DNA from: Felis catus
Taxonomy: Eukaryota
Direction of reading: 5' to 3'
Length of the DNA: 64,000 bases
Assembly (NCBI RefSeq): GCF_018350175.1
Contig: NC_058368.1
Location: 104,968,001 to 105,032,000 of the forward strand
Shown here one piece after another: positions 52,401 through 62,833 of this stretch; the first letter of the stretch is position 1, and every line of letters starts with the position of its first letter. The notes below the pieces were generated by a model. It had not been told where the DNA came from. It was given only the letters and a program-made list of their open reading frames with translations, and did no database searches. Position numbers and translations under genes: made by a program.

Positions 52401-53456
52401 TGCGCGCGCGTGCTGAAGGTATAGATTTAAGCTTGGTCTTTATTGCTCAGGAGATCACTATGAAGAAGATTGGTATGACACATACATACATTTTTATTTT
52501 TACTTTTTAAAGTTTATTTATTAGAGAGGGAGGAGGGGCAGAAAGAGAGAGGGGGAGAGAGAATTCCAAGGAGGCTACAAGCTATCAACACAGACCCCAA
52601 TACGGGGCTTGAACTCACAAACTGTAAGATCATGACATGCCCAGAAATGAAATTGAGAGTTGGATGCTTAACTGACTGAGCCATCCAGCCGCCCCCATTT
52701 TTATTTTTAATATTAAAAAAAAAAGGCCTCAATGAGCTTGGGTAATAAGGCTGGGGCCATAGATGCCAGCTCAGGGAACCCAGATCTGTCTTCTTAGATT
52801 CACCTTGGTCAGGGAGGCACCTCTTCCCTATTAACAATGATCCGGGTAAGGGTTTCCCTTTTTTCTTTCTTTACCAGTGAACTCCTAAGGGATTGTGAGG
52901 AAATGACCTTGAATGGTCTCTCAAAAGAAGATGGCAGGTGGTTCTGTTCTCTGTTTTCCAACCTCTGTCCTTTGCTCTCCTCAGACTCTCTGAAATTTGT
53001 CACTTTTGTCATTTTCATTTTCAGAAAGTGACAGTTCCCTGGAGATTTTTCACTCCACATCATCTCCTGACCTTTCTCTGAGAGGTTGTTTCTCATTTTG
53101 CTGCCAGCTTGCTGCATGGCCCTTTTTTATTTGCAAGTTTTTAGGGTGAATACTTTCTTGTGTGAACTTTCTGTACCTCAGGCTGTATTTTACACTGGGG
53201 CCAACTGTCCCGGGTAAAAAAATAAAATAAAATAGAGAGAGAGAAACTTACAACACGGATAAGATGAAACACTGACCTACGTTTTCCTGCAAACTCTGGA
53301 ATTCTACCATTTGGACTTTCATATCTCAAATCTTAGGCAAATTTCACTTTTCATGATTTCTCTTTATGTTTTGTAAGCACTTTCATGGAAACTGAAGAGA
53401 TAGCTGCTTCAAACTAAAGAGTCTGACATTCTCTTAACGTCCTTTTCTCCTTAAAC

Positions 53457-53498
<42 letters not shown>

Positions 53499-56400
53499 TA
53501 CGAAAGCCTAACATTAATAGATGATCAAAACCATGTGCATTTATATTTCACCCAACCTAGTTTGAAGCATCACTAATATAAGTAAGATACTAAGGAAGAG
53601 TCCTTCATTTAGGGATAAATTCTGACATAAGAAGGGAGAAAAAGAGTTTGGAGAGTATATGTTCCTGACAGCACAAAATTGTTCTTGAAGTTTTAATGAT
53701 GGAGAAAATATTTGACAGGTTTTGATTTAAAATAGCGAAATCACCTTACTTGTGGAAATGTGGTTGATTTGTATTTCAGTTGAATTACCTGATTCATTCC
53801 AAAGCAAACAGCAAAATATGTATTAAGTATGGGGGGAAAAAAACCCCTGGCAATATAATGTATGTATAAGGAAGAAAAGCTCACTGAGTCCCTTCCTTCT
53901 TGTTTTAGAAACTTCTATGCAGACCAAGGTAAGCAAAGGTAAGTCTGAGGAATTCTGAAAATTAGGACACTATTCAAGGAAGCCTGACTTACATATAAAA
54001 CTTCAGTTTATATATGTTCTGGTAAGTATAGTTCCTGTACTTAATCCAGTTTGGAATGTATTCTTATCTCTCTAAAATTTTTACTTCTCTGAAATCATCT
54101 ACTTTGCCTGAGATGTTATGTCAAAACATTTTTCCATCATGGGATTTTTCAGATTATTTGGGTGAGTGAGGGCATTTTTTCATCCTCCATTTTCTGCTTT
54201 TAAGTGAGGAGCAACTGGCAAAAATGGCCCAGGCTAAGGCCTTTTTGGTTTGGAAAAGTGGGGAAGGGGGTGGGAACCCTGTCACTGTTCTAAGAATCGA
54301 ATATATTCACCCAAAGTAAAAGTGATAGAAGCGGTTTCCCCTCTTTATTTTCATTCATTCTTTTAGGAGCTTGGTAAACGCATTAGTTTCTTATTGCTGC
54401 TGTAATCAATTACCACAAACCCAGGCACTAAAACAACACAGGGTTATTCTCTACTCTTCGGGAAGTCAGAACATTGTCATTGGGCCAGCCTCAAGGTTTT
54501 GATCAGGCTGTTTCCTGCTGGAAGCTTGAAGGGGAGAATCCCTTTCCTTGCCTTTTCCAGCTCCTTCTCTGCTGCCTGCTTTCCTTGCTCACGGCTCCTT
54601 CCTCCACCTTCACAGCAAGAGGCAGAACGTCTTGTTTCCTCTCTGACTCTTGCTTACAGCTTCTCTCTCTGACTTTGACTCCCCTGGTGCCTCTTTGGTG
54701 AGGACCCTTGTGATTTCTGGGCACAACCAGGTAGTAAGGATAACCTGCCCATATCAGGGTCCTTAACGTAATCACATCGGCTCAGTCTATTTTGCTACGT
54801 AAGGTTATACGTTCCCGGGTTCTGGAGGTTAGGACGCAGACACCTTTGAGGGGCCATTATGTATCCCATTCTGTACACCACAATAAACAAATACTGTCTT
54901 GTCTTTTCTCGCTGGGCTTACTTTTGAACACGAGGGCAGCAGGATGCCTTAGAGTTATCAGGCACTCTTCTCATAACTGAGGAGAAGAAGTTTAAGCTGC
55001 AGCCACTGTTATAATTTTAATATTTACACCATCTTGTCTCACAGGGGGTCTCTCTGCTGAAGGTTTATTTATAGAATCTGGGCTTAGGAGCTTCGCTCTT
55101 AAACCTATACCGCTGTTTGTAAAAGAGAATGAGGGCAGGAATATCTAGATGCTGTGAAATAAATTTTAGGAGTGCTTTACTTTTTTGGATTCCTTCCCAG
55201 CAAAAACATTTTCCATTTTCCATTTCCCATTTATAGTCTGTGCCATTTTGAAAATGACCTGTCAGGGCTTCTAGAGGCTGGCCAATGAGTTTCAAATATT
55301 CTTATTGATGGGCTAGATTAATTTTTACACCAAGATTTTTTCCAAAAGCATTAAATCAAGATGCAGGTACTTCAGTCATCTGTTCAGGTTTCACTCAGGT
55401 ACCACATTTGATGTTGATTTTGTATTCAGAAAAGGGGGGGGGCATTCAATGAAAGGGTTCCTTGAAGCAAGATAGGGACAAAAGAATTCCCAAGATTCTG
55501 GCAAACAGCAATGAAGGTTAGAGTGGTCCACAAAGGGCAAAATAGGCTGAATGGTCACAGTCAGAGAACTATACCCCAGACTGGCACAGGACATGACCCC
55601 ATACACTCAAGGTTATTTCAGAAGCGCGGGGGGGGGGGGGGGCTGTCAAGAAACACCTTCAGCCATCACTGCCCCACAGTCTCCCAAAGGTAAATCTATA
55701 GGTGTAACTTCTAGGTTTTTCATTCAGTTCCAGAGCAGCCCCTATGCTGGAGTTTTATTCTGCTGACATGGACTTCCATAGGGCATTGGAAGTGCACTCC
55801 TTCCCCAGCCGGATTCTCTGTGGAATCAACACGGGGAGCTGCCGAAGGTTCCAGAGTAAGGGTAAAGACCAGAAGAGCTTCTACTAAGTGCCCATATTTG
55901 ATGTCACTCATCAAGTTGCCAAAGATGTCTTTCTCCCCACTGAGTGTTATCACAGCTTTTGTCGTAAGGAAATAAGCCCTGGAAAGGCCTCTGTTAGGAT
56001 TTTTAAATCTCAATAAATCTGTCTGCATTTCGTTTTAATAAAAAAAAAAAATTTCAAATTAGTCATTAAAATGCCAACCAAGCCAGTTATCATAAATACT
56101 AATCTGAAAGTTTATTTAAGGTAAGTAAGATTTTTTTTTTTAACCCTTCAGCTTATAAAGTGACTCAGGGATATGATTTTCAAGAAGTCAGGAATGTGTT
56201 TTCCTTGTAGTAAAGTACCCATTTTTCTTGAAAAATATCAATATTTTTAAATGTCTGTCTATAAATTAGTTCACACAGATAGTCTTATTTCATTTTTAGT
56301 TAATCTAAGAATTGGATTTTTTTTTTTTAATATTTACTTATTTTTGAAAGAGAGAGACAGAGAGCGTGAGGAGGGGAGGGGCAGAGAGAGGGAGACACAG

Positions 56401-59400
56401 AATCCTAAGCAGGCTCCAGGCTCTGAGCTGTCAGCACAGAACCCTATGCAGGGCTTGACCTCATGAACCACCAGATCATGATCTGAGCTGACGTCAGACA
56501 CTTAACTGACTGAGCCACCCAGGGGCACCTAAGAATTAGATTTTACTTGTTATCATGGGTATTTGCTAATTGCTTATGAAAGTGCAAATATCAGGGGCTC
56601 CTGGGTGGCTTCACCGGGTGAGCATCCGATTTTGGCTCAGGTCATGATCTCGCGGTCTGTGAGTTCGAGCCCCGTGTCGGGCTCTGTGCTGACGGCTCAG
56701 AGCCTGGAACCTGCTTCGGATTCTGTGTCTCCCTCTCTCTCTGCCCCTCCCCTGCTCACACTCTGTCTCTGACTCTCAAAAATAAATAAATATTAAAAAA
56801 AATTTTAAGCGCAAATATTAAATTCATGCCTTCCATAAACAAAACAAAACACTTTTTTTGTTGTTGCAATCCACAGTAAGAGGTACATTTTACAGTGTAT
56901 CCAAATATATACATAGTATACATACACATTTACATAGTTTTGAAACAAAAGTTAATGAAAACTAATTTCCCTTCTTGCAGCTGTACTGTGATATTTCTAT
57001 TTTATTCTGTTTCTTTAAGAAGCCACTTGTTATGACCCACTAAATGGATTTCATGACCAGCAGTATGAAAACCACTGTGTTACGAAATGATACAAAAACC
57101 TATTTTGAGTTAGAAACAACAAAACAAAACAAAACAAAACAAAACAAAACAAAAACACATGATCCTGAGGAAGTGAAATGAATTATTGGAACACATTGTA
57201 TTATAAAAAGATTAAAAGTTAAATCCTTGAATCATGAAGATTATGGTTGAAATGCTTTTGTTAAAATTATTTTTGTTTGATTTATAATGACTTCTGAAAG
57301 AATGATATTGAGTGACCCAGACTATCAATAAAGATAATTATTTTTTTAAAAACTGCAGCGGTGGTTTTGCCCCGCCCACATTGTTGCTACGGTTTCCTCT
57401 GGAATCTGTTGTACTGCTTATAAACACCTGTGGTTCCATTTTTAGCATGAGGATTCCATCCAGAATGTCTACACAAGGTAAATGCATGTATCTAAGGGAA
57501 TCAGATGTTACTATGTTTTTTCTTTGTGGCCAGCAACCCCTGTCTCCCTCCCCAAAAGAAGTTACAAGGTCTGAGTATTTTTATTCTGGAAAAATACCAA
57601 GATTGTCAGTGTTCTTCTGTTGGGTCAGAGGAGAAGACATGACTGGGAAAGGTAAGGTTTAGACCAATGAAAGATGGAGTTTACTTTTGCAGGAGACCTG
57701 AATGGGCGTCTAGAAAAGCGTGGAATGACCATCTTGAGAACCTGAAGCCCAGAAAAGATTAAGATGCTTTTTTATTCTAGAATTCAAATGGAAAATAAGA
57801 CTAAACTGGGAAATAAGCATAACAAACCAGTTGACTTCTTATTTTTCCAAAGGTGAGTACTTCAGTGCCATCAATATCTATAATCATTTCAAGGTTTTTC
57901 TCAACCTCTTTGATGCCTCTGATTTGGAAGTGCCCCAGGCACATCCTCATTACCCTGCCTGCTGCCTGCCCCGGCTGCTTCTGGAAAGAAGCGAGGTTTG
58001 TAACTGTAGTTTGGTGGTTGGTGGCCCATGGGTATTTTGTAACCATGTATAAGGCATTTCTGCCAGAGAGACCACATTTTTCTTACCTTACTCCTCCGGC
58101 ACATTTTTACTGAATATAAATAACTTCAATTCATCTTCACTTTTATATTGCCTTAGTTGCTGCTTCCAAATGCATTTCACATCAACTGAAGAGTTTTCTA
58201 AATGGGTGACCTTCACATCCTTGTACGGGAGAAAATACAAAATGAGACCTGGGATTACCATTTTAAATGGAATTGCTATAGTAGAGAGAAAAATAGCTCC
58301 TCGGGGCCCTTGAAGCTGAGTTGATTAGTCACAAAGAGCTAGAGGCAGAACACATCTCCTCCTGCTATTTTAGCTGAATTTCTTGACTGGTTTTTAGGTT
58401 CTAGGCTTTAAAATGGAAATCCCCAAAGCAAAGAATGGTGTGTGAAGAATGAGAACATTTGTTCAGCGTCTGGGCCTTCAGATCTGCGCTCATTCACGTG
58501 GCCCAACAATACCATCCATTCTTTCGCCAAATAGTCATTGAGCACTACCTATGTGCCCGGTTTTTATACACACACACACACACATGCACCCACGCACACT
58601 CATGCACGCACACACACCACCTATATTTTACATAGGTATATAAGTATCTTTCAGAAAGTGCTAGAGAAAACAACAGTATGTCGAAAGAGGAAAAAGGAGT
58701 GTGGTAGGCAGGCAAGCTCGCTCAATTAGGGTGACCTGTGACCAGAATCCTAAAGTAAATGAGAAGAAACGTAAACGTGTGTAAACCCACATGTGGGAGC
58801 TGCTTGGCATGTTTAAGGAACAGCAGGACGGTCCCAGTATCTGGAGCTGAGTGAGTGAGTAGTATGGGATGAGGCCACAGAGATAAGGCCTTAACCTCCT
58901 TCTCTTCCTCTTCCCTCCCTTCCTCCTTCCTTCCTTCCTTCTGTGTATTCATTTGCCACACAGTTAGATTCATTTGTTTCAATTTGCTTCCAGTGTCAAT
59001 TTTATTTTTCTGTCCATATTGATTTAATTCCATTTTCAACTAGGTAGGATATTAAGATGCTTTCGAAACCCAAAACCATGCAAACTGATATACTCCGAGA
59101 AGTGTCGCCCCCTCCTGTCTCCCTTCTACCGTCCCTGCCTTATGGACCACCAGCTTCATTATTTTCTGGGTTTTTATTATTCCTGTGTGTTTTGTTTGTT
59201 TGATTTTTTTTTGGGGGGGGGTAAGGATAAGAAAACAGGTGCATATTTTCTTATTTTCTCTTCTTTGTTATGAAAATTTTGGCATTTTATTTTTTATTTT
59301 TTTATTTTTTTTTTCAACGTTTATTTATTTTTGGGACAGAGAGAGACAGAGCATGAACGGGGGAGGGGCAGAGAGAGAGGGAGACACAGAATCGGAAACA

Positions 59401-62400
59401 GGCTCCAGGCTCTGAGCCATCAGCCCAGAGCCCGACGCGGGTCTCCAACTCCCGTGACCTGGCTGAAGTCGGACGCTTAACCGACTGCGCCACCCAGGCG
59501 CCCCAATTTTGGCATTTTAAATATGGTCTTCTGTACTTTGCTTTTTTTCCACTTGCTAATATCTCCTGGAAATCACAGTTGAATAGACTCCCACCGGGTG
59601 TAGCACAATAGTTTATCTGATTAATCTCCTACTTGAACATTTAGGAAGTTACCAGCGTTTTACAATTATAAGTAATGCCGAAAACGAGTAACTCTGTGCA
59701 TATTTTGTATTGATGAATGTGTATCTTCAGGATACATCCCCAGAAGTGAGACCTGCTGGGTCAACAGCAAATCCGTTTGTAATTTTGTTACTTGTCCTCC
59801 ATTGGGGTGATATCATTTTATATTCCCAGCAGCAATGTATGAGAGTGCCTGTTTCCCCAAGGCCTTACCAAGAGACTATATTGTCAAGCTCTTGAATTTT
59901 TGCCAGTCTGTTGAATGAGAAATAGTATCTCAGTGTAGCTTTAATTTGTACTCCACTTATTGCTAAATGGAACATCTTTTCATATGGTTTTAACAGACAT
60001 TTTTAGATCCACTTTGTGAATCATCTGTTCATATCTCTTGCTGATTTTTCTATAGAATATTTTCTGTCAATTAAAAAAACTTACCGTGGGGGGGGCCTCG
60101 GTGGCTCAGTCAATAAGCGTCCAGCTCTTGATTTCTGCTCATGTTACGATCTCATGGTTCGTGAGTTCGAGCCCCACGTCGGGCTCTATGGTGACAGCAT
60201 GGAGCCTGCTTGGAATTCTGTCTCTCCCTCTCTCTCTGCCCCTATCCCTGCCTCTCTCTCTAAAAATAAATCAACATTTAAAACATTTATTGTATATTAG
60301 AGATGATAGCCTTTTTTTTTTTTCTGAGATCTATGTTGCAAACATTATCTTGCAGTTTGACACTTGTCTTTTGATTTTGTTCTTGGTGTTTTTGTTTGAA
60401 AGTAGATCAATTCCTGGACTATCTAGTCAATTCCATTGATCTTTCTCTCAATTCATGAACCTGGATGTGTTTTGAAGGTAGAGATGATAGGGTTTGGTGA
60501 TGAATTTTATGTGGGGCATCAGAAAACGAGGAGTGAGGCATGACTCTTAAGATTTTGACCTGAACAAGTAGAATGTTAGAATTTCCACTAGGGAGAATTC
60601 TGTTTTTGTGGAGAATACCAGGAGTTCTGCTTTGGCGATTTGAAATCTGAGATGCCCGTTAGACTCACTGGTGGAGATGTGAGAGGGCAGATGGCAGCAG
60701 GTATAGAATTTGGGAAAAGGCAGGACATAGACATGAAGGCGTAGCCACGTAGAGACAGAATTTAAAACCATAAAACTGTTAGGAGGTTTTGATGAAAGCA
60801 CTATGTCCACTTTGGGGATACATATCCTGATATCTTGAGGGTTTAAGTCACTCCCAAGGAAAGCGCACTTGTGGGCCATGAATCTAGGGCTTGGCCTCTG
60901 TATTAGTCACCCAGGGCTGCTGTAACAAAGTACCACTGACTGGGTGGCTTAAACAGCAGAAATTTGTTTTCTTCTAATTCTAGAGGTTGGAAGTTCGAGA
61001 TCAAGATGTCAGTGAGGGTGTTTTCTTCCGAAGCCTCTCTCTTTGGTTTGCAAGTAGCTGTCTTCTCCTATGTGTTCACACAGGCTTTCCTGGATAGCAT
61101 GTCCTTGTCCTAATATCTTCTTCTAAGGACGTTGGTTGTATTGGATTAGGGCCCATGCTGATAGCCTCAGATTAACCTAATCACCTCTTTATTTTTGTTT
61201 TTAAAAATGTTTATTTATTTATTTTGGGAGAGAGATTGAGAGTGAGATTGAGAGTGCATGTGCACATGGGTGTGTGCAAGAGAGAGTGGGGAGGGGCAGA
61301 GAGAGAGGGAGAGAGAGAATCCCAAGCTGGCTCTATGCTGTCAGCGCAGAGCCCAACGTGTGGCTGAAACTGACGAATCATGAGATCATACCTGAACTGA
61401 AACCAAGAGTTGGACACTTAACTGACTGAGCCACCCAGGGACCTCTAACATAATCACCTCTTTAAAGACCTCATTTCCAGATACAGCCACATTCTGAGCT
61501 ATCAGGGGTTAGACTTTCAACAAATGGAATTTGGGAGTATGCAATTAACCCCATAACACTCCTCTTTCCATGATATCAACTTGTTACGTGTTTGAGAGGA
61601 AATAGTGATTTAGAGTCTAAAGGAACTTATTGTTTCATAAAAGACTTAAAATGATGATTACTTTGATGCTCAGGAGTTAACATTTCTCCTCTATTTGGAG
61701 AATATTTAGGTGGATGATATAAACACAATTGATAAGTAATATGATCCCACAGTCCTCAGATCTGCTCTCAGGGAGAAGGCCTTGTCCTCTCCAGGAAACA
61801 CAAGATCTGGAAAAGCCCCTGACATAGAATTATCACAGCAGTAAATTTGGGTCTTGTCTGGGGGAAAGAAGGAGGAACATATTTTACAATTGGTGCTAAT
61901 GTTTATCTCAGAGAAGTTGTTCTTTGACTACTAACTAATGCGTATTAATGGAAGTCAGAAACATCTTTTAGGTAAACAACAAACAAACAAACAACAACAA
62001 AAAAACATATCCTAAACTCCATCCATACACTTTCAGTTAGAAGTAACCCCAAGGAAACTTTGCCTTTCAGCTCTAGTCTTTAGTTATATATAGAAATCAG
62101 GAGCCTAGACTTCTAAATTGTTGTAATTGATTTGTTAAACATTTGTATTTTTGGAAGTACATTAAGAAGAGAAGAACCAATCTGTCTGGGCCTCATGGAA
62201 TGTTTCCATAACGTCTCCAAGTCACCTTTACTTGTAAAGGTCCTAAAAGTACTTTTCTGCACTATTTTGTAATCTGTTTTTCAATATTTTTTGCTACTGG
62301 GTTATTATTCACTAGACTACAATGTCCTGGTGTTGGAAAACATCTTCATAAATTACAAACTGCAACTCATCGAGATTCTACAGGAGACAAATTGCTTCAA

Positions 62401-62540
62401 GTTTGCCTTCCAAGAATTTATAGTTATTTCCTAGTAACTTTGTCACTGACATCTGTGATAATGTTTTTGGAATTAGAATATGTTCTCTAACATTTTTGCT
62501 TCTCAGAATAAATGATCTGGATGGAGAAAAATCTGCTTGA
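52114..62540 (+). CDS. Candidate unidentified multi-exon small gene or decayed pseudogene (10 exon candidates)
   Basis: Chain of canonical AG/GT-bounded short exons in repeat-free DNA; spliceable to 118 aa (MLKNTTKDSPWSGRHLFPINNDPETSMQTKVSKDYLGAW...FSKE) or 105 aa (...HEDSIQNVYTRIQMENKTKLGNKHNKPVDFLFFQRINDLDGEKSA); no homologue recognised. Confidence 0.4.
52367..52413. repeat. Alternating purine-pyrimidine (CG)8(TG)n(CG)4 tract
   Basis: 47 bp of uninterrupted alternation. Confidence 0.92.
52490..52696 (-). mobile_element. CanSINE
   Basis: Reverse SINE body. Confidence 0.9.
52798..52845 (+). CDS. Candidate exon B (48 nt)
   Basis: ctgtcttcttag|ATTC...TCCGG|gtaagg. Confidence 0.45.
53458..53497. 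repeat. (TG)n microsatellite
   Basis: About 20 units. Confidence 0.95.
53909..53938 (+). CDS. Candidate exon C (20 or 30 nt; tandem donors)
   Basis: ccttccttcttgttttag|AAAC...CCAAG|gtaagc and ...CAAAG|gtaagt. Confidence 0.5.
54153..54161 (+). CDS. Candidate 9-nt microexon D (the true acceptor could lie further upstream)
   Basis: atttttcag|ATTATTTGG|gtgagt. Confidence 0.35.
54367..54373 (+). CDS. Candidate 7-nt microexon E
   Basis: About 30-nt pyrimidine-rich tract ...cattcttttag|GAGCTTG|gtaaac. Confidence 0.25.
54378..54881 (-). mobile_element. MaLR solo LTR (MLT1C/D-like)
   Basis: attagtttcttattgctgctgtaa...ggggagaatccctttccttgccttttccagct...ttctggaggttaggac. Confidence 0.85.
55782..55855 (+). 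CDS. Candidate exon F (74 nt)
   Basis: gctgac...cttccatag|GGCA...CCAGA|gtaagg; open in all three frames. Confidence 0.35.
56063..56120 (+). CDS. Candidate exon G (58 nt; alternative acceptor at 56087)
   Basis: Consensus donor TTAAG|gtaagt; weak acceptor tttcaaattag. Confidence 0.3.
56316..56530 (-). mobile_element. CanSINE
   Basis: TSD ctaagaatt(g/a)gatttt. Confidence 0.93.
56593..56805 (+). mobile_element. CanSINE
   Basis: TSD aag(t/c)gcaaatat. Confidence 0.93.
57446..57477 (+). CDS. Candidate exon H (32 nt)
   Basis: ttccatttttag|CATG...ACAAG|gtaaat. Confidence 0.45.
57781..57852 (+). CDS. Candidate exon I (72 nt)
   Basis: cttttttattctag|AATT...CAAAG|gtgagt; open in two of three frames despite being AT-rich. 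Confidence 0.55.
59290..59504 (-). mobile_element. Young felid CanSINE with an internal deletion of about 13 nt
   Basis: TSD aattttggcatttta; aactcccgtgacc versus aactcacggaccgcgagatcgtgacc in sibling copies. Confidence 0.96.
60088..60280 (+). mobile_element. CanSINE
   Basis: SINE head, linker and tail. Confidence 0.9.
60899..61558 (-). mobile_element. MaLR solo LTR (MLT1A/B-like) with an internal SINE
   Basis: tgtattagtc...gggctgctgtaacaaagtaccactgactgggtggcttaaac...caattaaccccataaca. Confidence 0.9.
61190..61446 (-). mobile_element. CanSINE inside the MLT1 LTR
   Basis: TSD taac(c/a)taatcacctcttt. Confidence 0.92.
62507..62540 (+). CDS. Candidate terminal exon J (coding part)
   Basis: Branch point ctaac (62487) + atttttgcttctcag|; all frames stop within 34 nt; AATAAA at 63010. 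Confidence 0.45.
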
Positions 62541-62613
62541 AGACATTAGGCTGGAATAGAGGCTGAGACGACTTCGATTTTAGCTGATATTTAAATATTT
62601 TAAAAAAATACCA

Positions 62614-62833
62614 TTTATTTATTATTTTTGAGAGAGAGAGATAACAAGAGGGGGAAGGGGCAGAGAGAGAGATTGAGAGAGAGAGAGAGAGAGAGAGGCA
62701 CAGAATCTGAAGCAGGCTCCAGGCTCTGAGCTGTCAGCACAGAGCCCGACGCGGGGCTCGAACTCACGGACCGTGAGATCGTGACCTGAGCCAAAGTCGG
62801 ACGCTTCGCTGACTGAGCCACCCAGGTGCCCCT
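62614..62833 (-). mobile_element. CanSINE
   Basis: Reverse SINE ending gagccacccaggtgcccc. Confidence 0.94.

Larger units (their letters stand above)
58490..60780 (-). mobile_element. L2 relic (58490-58890, 60450-60780) interrupted by an old L1ME-type fragment (about 58940-60440)
   Basis: L2 motifs cattgagcactacctatgtgcc and gttttgaaggtagagatgatagg; antisense L1 motif cccagcagcaatgtatgagagtgcctgtttcccc. Confidence 0.7.

Noticed and set aside
52798..52845. Faint resemblance of IHLGQGGTSS to the GCKR motif LSGGGTSG
   Set aside because: Neighbouring exon sizes and sequences do not match GCKR; treated as chance
57534..57651. Additional AG/GT pairs between exons H and I
   Set aside because: Weak acceptors or donor and very short introns; not needed for any open frame
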